NCBI GenBank assembly: GCA_902576765.1
Contig: CACGWH010000002.1
Coordinates: forward strand, 9,672 to 73,671
Length of the DNA: 64,000 nucleotides
Direction of reading: 5' to 3'
From: an uncultured Pelagibacteraceae bacterium
GTDB lineage: Bacteria > Pseudomonadota > Alphaproteobacteria > Pelagibacterales > Pelagibacteraceae
The translations under genes and the position numbers were made by a program. Positions 56,904 to 64,000 of the stretch are shown here, in pieces. Each line of letters begins with the position of its first letter. Position 1 is the stretch's first letter. A model generated the notes under the pieces. It was not told where the DNA came from and made no database searches. It saw nothing but the letters and a program-made list of their open reading frames with translations.

Positions 56904-57828
56904 AATATTGTTATCTGCTCCCCGAGGATTTTGTGCTGGCGTTGAAAGGGCAATTGAAATTGTTGAAAAATCAATTCAAAAGTACGGTTCCCCAGTTTAT
57001 GTTAGACATGAAATAGTACATAATAAATTTGTTGTTGATGATTTAAAAAATAAAGGTGCAATATTTGTAGAAGAGCTTGAAGAAATTGAGGATAAATCAA
57101 GACCAGTTATTTTTTCTGCGCATGGTGTCCCAAAAAAAATTCCTCAAGATGCAAAAAACTACAACATGACTTATGTTGATGCAACATGTCCCTTGGTTTC
57201 TAAAGTTCATAGAGAGGCTGAAAATCTTCATAACGCTGGATACCATTTAATTTTAATAGGACATGAAAATCATCCTGAGGTAATTGGAACAATGGGACAA
57301 TTGCCTAAAGGATCTATCGACCTTATTCAAAATGAGGATGAAGCAAGGAATTATGATATAAAAAATTTTGAAAAAATTGCCTACGTTACTCAAACAACTT
57401 TATCTGTTGATGACACGAAAGAAATAATATCAATTCTTAGAAAAAAATTTTCAGACATTAAAGAACCTGCAAAAGAAGATATTTGTTACGCGACAACCAA
57501 TAGACAAATGGCTGTTAAAAACATTGCAAAAAAGTGTGATCTATTTTTCGTCATCGGTAGCCGAAACTCATCTAACTCGGTAAGACTTGTTGAGGTTGCT
57601 AAAAAATCAGGGTGTGAGAACTCAGTACTGATCCATTCACAAAGTGAAATTCCATTCAACTTAATTGAAAATTCAAATATAATTGGAATTTCATCAGGTG
57701 CTTCTGCCCCTGAGATACTTGTTGAAAATTTCATTAAAGAATTGAAAAATAAATTTACAGTCACTATAGAAGAAGTGGAAATTATAAAAGAAAACGTTGT
57801 TTTTCGTGTTCCAAAAAAATTAAATTAA
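56884..57828 (+). CDS. ispH: 4-hydroxy-3-methylbut-2-enyl diphosphate reductase
   Basis: RGFCAGV, DATCPLV, ICYATTNRQ, SSNS. Confidence 0.97.
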   Translation: MKNKELKILLSAPRGFCAGVERAIEIVEKSIQKYGSPVYVRHEIVHNKFVVDDLKNKGAIFVEELEEIEDKSRPVIFSAHGVPKKIPQDAKNYNMTYVDATCPLVSKVHREAENLHNAGYHLILIGHENHPEVIGTMGQLPKGSIDLIQNEDEARNYDIKNFEKIAYVTQTTLSVDDTKEIISILRKKFSDIKEPAKEDICYATTNRQMAVKNIAKKCDLFFVIGSRNSSNSVRLVEVAKKSGCENSVLIHSQSEIPFNLIENSNIIGISSGASAPEILVENFIKELKNKFTVTIEEVEIIKENVVFRVPKKLN

Positions 57829-58794
57829 ATGGCTGTTTATACAAAGATAAATAAGAAAGACATTTCATATATTAATAAAAAATTTGAGAACCAAAAATTT
57901 TTAAGCTTTAAAGGTATAAAACAAGGAATTGAAAATACTAATTATCTATTAAAATCAAAAGACAATAAATTTATATTAACTATTTTCGAAAAAAGAGTTC
58001 AAAAAAATGAAATACCTTTTTTTATGAAATTAATGGATCAACTAAATGACCTAAAGATAAGATGTCCAAAACCGTTAAAAAATCGTGATGGAAAATATTT
58101 ATTTAAAATAAAAAATAAGGTTGCCTGTGTTGTTTCATTTCTTGATGGAAAAGACAAAAAAAAACTTAGCTTAAAAAATTGTTATGATATTGGAAAAACC
58201 GTTGCTCAAATGCACTCTTCTTCAAAAAAAATTAAACTATTTAGAAAAAACTCAATGAATATCAAGAATTTAAATCCTTTATTAAAAAGTATTAAATTTA
58301 AATCAAAAAAATTCATTAATTTAGAAAAATTTCTTAAAACTAATTTTAGAGAAATTAAAAATAAATGGCCAAAAAAATTACCAAATGGAATAATACATGG
58401 TGATCTTTTTATAGATAATATATTTTTTAAAAAAAATAAAATCTCTGGAATCATTGATTTTTATTTTGCTGCAAACGATTATTTTATTTATGAAATAGCG
58501 ATATGTATAAATGCTCTTTGTTTTGATAAGAAAAAATCACAATTTAAATTAAATAAAAAAAAGGTTAAAAATTTAATTAAAGGATACGAAAGCATTAAAA
58601 AATTCTCAGGTATTGAGAAAAAATCATTAAATATTTTATGCCGAGCTGCTGCGATGAGATATTTTCTAACAAGACTTTACGACTACACAAATACTCCAAA
58701 AACTGCTTTGATAAAAATTAAAGATCCAAGAGAATATTATCAAAAACTGATAATTCATAACAATTTAAAAAAATATAACGATTATTTAGTTTAA
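57829..58794 (+). CDS. thrB: Homoserine kinase type II
   Basis: MAVYT, GIENTNY, IHGDLF.DN, IDFYFA. Confidence 0.93.
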   Translation: MAVYTKINKKDISYINKKFENQKFLSFKGIKQGIENTNYLLKSKDNKFILTIFEKRVQKNEIPFFMKLMDQLNDLKIRCPKPLKNRDGKYLFKIKNKVACVVSFLDGKDKKKLSLKNCYDIGKTVAQMHSSSKKIKLFRKNSMNIKNLNPLLKSIKFKSKKFINLEKFLKTNFREIKNKWPKKLPNGIIHGDLFIDNIFFKKNKISGIIDFYFAANDYFIYEIAICINALCFDKKKSQFKLNKKKVKNLIKGYESIKKFSGIEKKSLNILCRAAAMRYFLTRLYDYTNTPKTALIKIKDPREYYQKLIIHNNLKKYNDYLV

Positions 58795-59216
58795 TGATTA
58801 AAATTTATACTGATGGTTCATGTCTTGGCAATCCAGGTAAAGGTGGTTGGGCAGCAATTATAATAAACAATGGAAAAAAAACTGAAATAAAGGGAAGTAA
58901 AAACGATACAACAAATAATCAGATGGAATTACTAGCGCCTATTAAAGCTCTTAAAGAAATTCCAAAAGGTAGTAAAGTTCAAATTTTTACAGACTCCAAA
59001 TACGTTAAGTCTGGAATAACAGAATGGATATTTAATTGGAAAAAGAATGGATGGAAAACTGCAAACAAAAAAGAAGTAAGTAACAAAGAACTTTGGACAG
59101 AATTAGACTTACTAAATAGTGAATTTGAAATAAGTTGGAACTGGGTAAAAGCCCATTCAACGGATGAATTAAATAACGAAGTAGATTTACTTGCTAAAGA
59201 TGCTGCTAACTTATAA
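58794..59216 (+). CDS. rnhA: Ribonuclease HI
   Basis: TDGSCLGNPG, TTNNQMEL, TDSKYV, WVKAH. Confidence 0.96.
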   Translation: MIKIYTDGSCLGNPGKGGWAAIIINNGKKTEIKGSKNDTTNNQMELLAPIKALKEIPKGSKVQIFTDSKYVKSGITEWIFNWKKNGWKTANKKEVSNKELWTELDLLNSEFEISWNWVKAHSTDELNNEVDLLAKDAANL

Positions 59217-59699
59217 TAGATTATTTAGTAAATTTTCTGCTGAAGTTAATCCACATTCTTTAGTCTCTTTTTCAACATGAATATTTACAACTTCAAAATT
59301 TTCAATCACCATTAAATAACGATTTGATCTAATACCCATTCCCTTTGCATTACGATCAACTTCTGCACCAATTGCTTTCGTAAATAACAAATATGGATCA
59401 GATAACATTTTTATTTTATTTCCAGTGTTATTGACCTCTCCCCAACCATCCATCACATAAGGATCATTCACTGATAAACAAAATATGTTTTCTATTCCTT
59501 TTGCTTTGATTTTGTCTGCATTTGTTACAAAACCTGGTAGATGAAGCTTAGAGCATGTTGATGTAAATGCCCCAGGTAAACCAAATAAAACAATTTTTCC
59601 ATTACCTATGATTTCTCTCAAGTTTTTTTTTTGAGGTTCTCCACCAACAAGTTGAAAAATCTCTGTATCTGGAATTTGATCTTTTATTTTAAGTTTCAT
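59211..59699 (-). CDS. Peroxiredoxin (Prx5/type II)
   Basis: PGAFTSTCS..HLPG, SVND.YVM, RSNRY. Confidence 0.92.
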   Translation of the reverse strand: MKLKIKDQIPDTEIFQLVGGEPQKKNLREIIGNGKIVLFGLPGAFTSTCSKLHLPGFVTNADKIKAKGIENIFCLSVNDPYVMDGWGEVNNTGNKIKMLSDPYLLFTKAIGAEVDRNAKGMGIRSNRYLMVIENFEVVNIHVEKETKECGLTSAENLLNNLL

Positions 59700-61069
59700 A
59701 TCGAATTCATTACATATTTTTTTACTTTTTCAATATCATTTGAAAGAAGTTCAAATTTTTCTTTTCTATCATTAACATATTCAAGACTTTCTGGTAAATT
59801 TTCAGTTTTTGAAATGGCATTTTCTATTGCTTTCGGAAATTTACATGGGTGTGCAGTTGATAATACAACACAATTTCTTTTGAATCCTAATTTTCTCACA
59901 GCACCAATACCCACTGCAGTATGCGGATCAACTACAATCTGATGTTCATCATTAATGATCTTTATCATTTCAACAGTTTCATTTTCATCAAGCATTTCTG
60001 ATATAAAATTCTTTTTTATTTTATCTAGATCATTTTTATCAATTTTATAAGTATTATTTTTTATTTCAGCCATTACATTTTTTGTAACTTCTGAGTTACA
60101 ATCTTTTACATCATATAAAAGCCTTTCAAAATTACTTGCTATTTGTATATCCATACTTGGGGTATTTGTTTCTTCAACTTTCTTTTGAGTATAGTCACCA
60201 TCTGATATTGCTCTGTGAAGTATGTCATTTTTATTTGTAGCTACTACTAGTTTATCAATTGGAAGACCTAGTTTTTTTGCTAAGTAACCAGCATAAATAT
60301 CACCGAAATTTCCTGTTGGAACAGAAAAAGATATAGGTTGGGCATTTCCAACTCTAAAGTAAGCGTAAAAATAATACACCGATTGAGCAACTATTCTTGC
60401 CCAATTAATTGAATTTACACCCGACATATTTATTGCTTTAGAAAATTTTTCATCATTAAACATTGCCTTAACTAAATTTTGGCAGTCATCAAAATTACCC
60501 TCCACTGCAATATTAAATACATTGCTCTCTTCATGTATTGTCATTAGTCTTCTTTGCACTGGCGAAATCTTGTTATTTGGGTGTAGTACAAAAACATTTA
60601 AATTATTTTTTCCTTTCAGCGCATCTATCGCAGCTGCACCAGTATCACCTGAAGTTGCTACTATTATATTAATTTTTTTTTGATCCTGTTTTAAATGATG
60701 TTGATAAAGATTTCCTATAAGTTGCATGGCAATATCTTTAAAAGCAAGTGTGGGTCCATGATATAGTTCTAGTACTTTTAAATCTCCCAAATCTGAGATT
60801 TTAACAACATCGTCAGATCTGAAATTTGAATATGATTTTGAAATCATTGAACTTAGGTCATCTTTTGACATGAAATCTCCAATGAAGGGAAAAATTATTT
60901 CAGTCGCTAGATCATTGTAACTAAGGTTTTTTAGATTATCTAATTCCTCCTCTTTAAATGGCTTAATTGATTTGGGTACAAATAGCCCCCCATCATCTGC
61001 CAAACCTTTGAGGAAAACATCTTTAAAAGAAAAGTTTTTCTGATTATTTCTTGTACTAATATAATTCAT
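59696..61069 (-). CDS. thrC: Threonine synthase
   Basis: YISTR, HGPTLAFKD, ATSGDTG, PTGNFG. Confidence 0.97.
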   Translation of the reverse strand: MNYISTRNNQKNFSFKDVFLKGLADDGGLFVPKSIKPFKEEELDNLKNLSYNDLATEIIFPFIGDFMSKDDLSSMISKSYSNFRSDDVVKISDLGDLKVLELYHGPTLAFKDIAMQLIGNLYQHHLKQDQKKINIIVATSGDTGAAAIDALKGKNNLNVFVLHPNNKISPVQRRLMTIHEESNVFNIAVEGNFDDCQNLVKAMFNDEKFSKAINMSGVNSINWARIVAQSVYYFYAYFRVGNAQPISFSVPTGNFGDIYAGYLAKKLGLPIDKLVVATNKNDILHRAISDGDYTQKKVEETNTPSMDIQIASNFERLLYDVKDCNSEVTKNVMAEIKNNTYKIDKNDLDKIKKNFISEMLDENETVEMIKIINDEHQIVVDPHTAVGIGAVRKLGFKRNCVVLSTAHPCKFPKAIENAISKTENLPESLEYVNDRKEKFELLSNDIEKVKKYVMNSI

Positions 61070-61723
61070 TTAATAATTCTTTTTTCTAAAATATAGATAT
61101 AGCAAAAGAATTGAAATCGCTAATGAAAACCAGGTAATAGCATATTTTTTATGATTATTAGAAATATTTGCAGTAATTTTTTTTGGTTTTGGAAATTTAT
61201 AGTCCCCATTTAAATAAATTATATATTCAGAAAACTCTTTACCAGTAAATTTCATGATATCTTCTCTATCTAGACTAAACCAATAGTTTTTTTCGATATC
61301 ATTATCAGGTTTAAAAATATTTTTTCTTCCTTGTAGCTTTAATGTACCAACTATATTTTTTTCATCAAATTCATTGATTTCCTGCATACCCTTTTTTTCA
61401 AAGGGGATCCAACCTCTATTTATTAAATAATTTTTTTGATTTACTGACAAAGGATTTATTACTTCAAAACCAGGTGTTCCATTTTCATTCAAATTATATA
61501 AATATATTTGTTTTTTAAAATCTATGTCTCCTGAAGTTTTAACTCTGAGATAGTTTTCATGATTAATATTTGATAATTCAACCGGGGGGTTTTTAAGGGA
61601 GTCTTCTATCTCAAAAATAAGATTATTTTTCCAGTTCAAACGGATGATCTGCCAAGTTCCAAGGGAAACAAAAACTAAAATAAAGAAAATAACAAAAACC
61701 GAGAATAAGAATTTATGTTTCAA
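61070..61723 (-). CDS. SURF1/Shy1 cytochrome oxidase assembly protein
   Basis: LGTWQ..RL.WK, INRGWIP, NNH..YAITWF. Confidence 0.93.
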   Translation of the reverse strand: MKHKFLFSVFVIFFILVFVSLGTWQIIRLNWKNNLIFEIEDSLKNPPVELSNINHENYLRVKTSGDIDFKKQIYLYNLNENGTPGFEVINPLSVNQKNYLINRGWIPFEKKGMQEINEFDEKNIVGTLKLQGRKNIFKPDNDIEKNYWFSLDREDIMKFTGKEFSEYIIYLNGDYKFPKPKKITANISNNHKKYAITWFSLAISILLLYLYFRKKNY

Positions 61724-61731
61724 GGATCAAA

Positions 61732-62520
61732 TTAACTTCCCCAAATATATATAGCAGCAAACAAAAATAGCCACACCACGTCGACAAAATGCCAATACCA
61801 GGCAGCAGCTTCAAAACCAAAGTGATGATCTTTATTAAAATGACCTAATTTTCCTCGCCATAAGCACACTGCCAAAAAAATAGTTCCTACTATCACGTGA
61901 AATCCATGAAATCCTGTAGCCATATAAAATACCGATCCATAAATATGATCAGAAAATGCAAATGTTGCATGATGATACTCGTATGCCTGTAAAGCTGTAA
62001 AACAAACTCCCAGAATTACCGTTAAAATCAATCCATTAATAAAACTTTTCCTATCATCCTCAAGGAGTGCATGATGTGACCAGGTAACTGTTGTTCCTGA
62101 TAATAATAAAATCAATGTATTTATTAAGGGAATATCCCATGGATCAAAAGTTTCAATATCTTTTGGTGGCCAAACATTACCCACAAACTCATTAGGAAAA
62201 AGACTTACATCAAAATAAGCCCAGAACCAAGCAACAAAAAACATAACCTCTGAAGCAATGAACAAAGTCATTCCATATCTATGGTGGATTTGTACGACTG
62301 GTGTGTGATGTCCTTGATGTTCAGCTTCAATAACTACATCTCTGAACCACATATACGCTCCATAGATTAACAATGCTAAACCTAGGTACATTCCCCATGA
62401 AATATCTGAGTGCATGTAATAAACTGCACCTAGCGCCAAAACTAAACAAGAAAATGAAACATAGATTGGCCAAGGACTTGGGTCTACTAAATGGTAATCG
62501 TGTTTTTTTTCAGCTGACAT
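61732..62520 (-). CDS. coxC: Cytochrome c oxidase subunit III
   Basis: HLVDPSPWP, SEVMFF, TGFHGFHV, WYWHFVDVVW. Confidence 0.97.
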   Translation of the reverse strand: MSAEKKHDYHLVDPSPWPIYVSFSCLVLALGAVYYMHSDISWGMYLGLALLIYGAYMWFRDVVIEAEHQGHHTPVVQIHHRYGMTLFIASEVMFFVAWFWAYFDVSLFPNEFVGNVWPPKDIETFDPWDIPLINTLILLLSGTTVTWSHHALLEDDRKSFINGLILTVILGVCFTALQAYEYHHATFAFSDHIYGSVFYMATGFHGFHVIVGTIFLAVCLWRGKLGHFNKDHHFGFEAAAWYWHFVDVVWLFLFAAIYIWGS

Positions 62521-62528
62521 TTTTTGGA

Positions 62529-63062
62529 TTATGATTGTTTATAGTAATCTGTCGAGAAAAAAGTATATGACATAGTTACATCCTCTAGATTTTGCACAGT
62601 CGGGTCATTGACCATTTCAGGGTCTAAGTAGAAAGTCATTACATAAGTAGCTTTTTCACCAGCTTTTAATTCTTGTTTTTCAAAACAGAAACATCCTAAT
62701 TTACTGTAATATTTTCCAAAACTTGAAGGTGAAACATTAAAACTTGCAACACCAGCTGTGGGCTCATTACTGTAATTAACCACCTCAAACTCAATCTTAT
62801 TAACTTGCCCTACTTTTACATCCATAACATTTGACTTCGCTTTAAAATCCCAAGGCAAGTTGTTCACATTGGTATCAAATCTAACACTCACCACTTTGTC
62901 TAATACTATTTTTGGAGCATTATTTGCTACTTGAGTAGTTCCTCCAAAGCCAGTTACTCGACAAAAGAGATCATAGAGAGGAACAGCAGCATATGATAAG
63001 CCTAACATTAAGACAAAAATTCCTGCTAATAATAAAGGGGTTAATTTTTTTTTTTCAATCAT
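62529..63062 (-). CDS. ctaG: Cytochrome c oxidase assembly protein Cox11/CtaG
   Basis: VPLY.LFC.VTG.GGT, CFCF. Confidence 0.95.
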   Translation of the reverse strand: MIEKKKLTPLLLAGIFVLMLGLSYAAVPLYDLFCRVTGFGGTTQVANNAPKIVLDKVVSVRFDTNVNNLPWDFKAKSNVMDVKVGQVNKIEFEVVNYSNEPTAGVASFNVSPSSFGKYYSKLGCFCFEKQELKAGEKATYVMTFYLDPEMVNDPTVQNLEDVTMSYTFFSTDYYKQS

Positions 63063-63184
63063 ATAGCTCTATCAAAAACTCCAGTATTATACAAAGTAAA
63101 GAAAAATAGAAAAATCATAAAAGCAATAATTGCTATTGCAGTAATTACATTTTTCTTTTTTGTTTTTTTATCAGGTGTAATCAT
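63059..63184 (-). CDS. 41-aa single-TM small protein (CoxF-like position), absent from the ORF track
   Basis: MITPDKKTKKKNVITAIAIIAFMIFLFFFTLYNTGVFDRAI*; ATGA overlaps with both the ctaB stop and the ctaG start. Confidence 0.75.
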   Translation of the reverse strand: MITPDKKTKKKNVITAIAIIAFMIFLFFFTLYNTGVFDRAI

Positions 63185-63999
63185 AAAATTTTATCTATCA
63201 GAAAAAGTACAAAAATTAAAAATAAATATAATATCGAATATCCAAATATTGATTTGGCTTTTTTGGGGTCAAATTTATTCTTTTTATAATTATAAAGCTC
63301 ATAACACAAAAAATTATAATAAAAAGTTAGCAATAGTGATGGAATTAAAAACACTAATCCAACAAAATTAATGAGATATGGAAATATTATAACAGGTAAC
63401 ATTAATAATGAATAAACAAAAATATTGATTTTAGTACTTTCCACTCCATTAGTAAGTGGAAGCATAGGTATGTTAGCTTTTTTATAATCATCAGACTTAT
63501 ATAAGCTTAATGCCCAAAAATGTGATGGTGTCCAAAAAAATATTATTAAAAAAAATGCAAGCGGCTCAATCGATATAGAGCCTGTCGCGATTGTCCATCC
63601 AATTACTGGAGGAAAAGCACCAGCTGCTCCGCCAATAACAATATTTTGTGGTGTTCTTCTTTTTAGCCAAATTGTGTAAACAAAGACGTAAAACAAAATT
63701 GTTAAAAGTAATATTGATGCTGAAACTCTATTTGTAAAATAATCTAATGCTAAAACTGAAATGATTGATAATGTAACGCCAAAAATTAGTGCCTGATTCC
63801 TATTAACTTTTCCTGTTGGAATTGGTCGTAAACAAGTTCTGGTCATTAAAGCATCAAGATCAGACTCATACCACATGTTTAATGCGCCTGCAGCTCCAGC
63901 ACCTAATGAAACCAACAAAATACCAATAATTGCATCTTTTGTTGAAACAAGATTTGGAGCTGTTAATAGACCTACTGCACAAGTAAAGATTACCAAAGA
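63181..63999 (-). CDS. ctaB: Protoheme IX farnesyltransferase, 5'-truncated by window edge
   Basis: NMWYESDLDALMTRT..RP, YTIWLKRRT.QNIVIGG, WTPSHF; frame is open to the window end. Confidence 0.95.
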   Translation of the reverse strand, partial: SLVIFTCAVGLLTAPNLVSTKDAIIGILLVSLGAGAAGALNMWYESDLDALMTRTCLRPIPTGKVNRNQALIFGVTLSIISVLALDYFTNRVSASILLLTILFYVFVYTIWLKRRTPQNIVIGGAAGAFPPVIGWTIATGSISIEPLAFFLIIFFWTPSHFWALSLYKSDDYKKANIPMLPLTNGVESTKINIFVYSLLMLPVIIFPYLINFVGLVFLIPSLLLTFYYNFLCYELYNYKKNKFDPKKAKSIFGYSILYLFLIFVLFLIDKIL

Positions 64000-64000
64000 G

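Overview
This is a very AT-rich, gene-dense alphaproteobacterial chromosome segment. Gene order, near-zero intergenic spacing, ccrM and the crtI-crtB-crtY-blh cluster point to Pelagibacterales (SAR11); this assignment is inferred, not searched. Positions 1-4412 are the edge of a surface-glycosylation island that abuts the 3' end of tRNA-Val(GAC). It encodes a PIG-L/LmbE deacetylase, a DUF2304-like membrane protein, a GT2, a nucleotidyltransferase, an NDP-sugar dehydratase and a GT-C-like membrane protein. The rest is core genome: rpoD-dnaG, carAB, trxB, aspartate aminotransferase, uvrB/uvrC, pgsA, ilvE, MarR-OmpR-EnvZ, lgt-prs-rplY-pth-ychF, petABC, hemF-greA, cca, tRNA-Gln, ispE, rnhB-ccrM, mutY-dciA-dsbA-smc, ATP synthase F0, retinal biosynthesis, ispH-thrB-rnhA, thrC and cytochrome oxidase genes. 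The most notable observations are: a 798-aa SMC with no visible hinge; a tRNA-Val with non-canonical but mutually compatible D- and T-loops; a candidate polyprenyl-phosphate aminosugar modification cassette; two divergent gene pairs with zero spacer (CAT|ATG); a GANTC/palindrome-rich ccrM upstream region; a family-4 UDG lacking usual catalytic and Fe-S residues; an A9 frameshift; and an uncalled 41-aa membrane peptide in the cox operon. No CRISPR array, rRNA, transposase, integrase or phage gene was seen.
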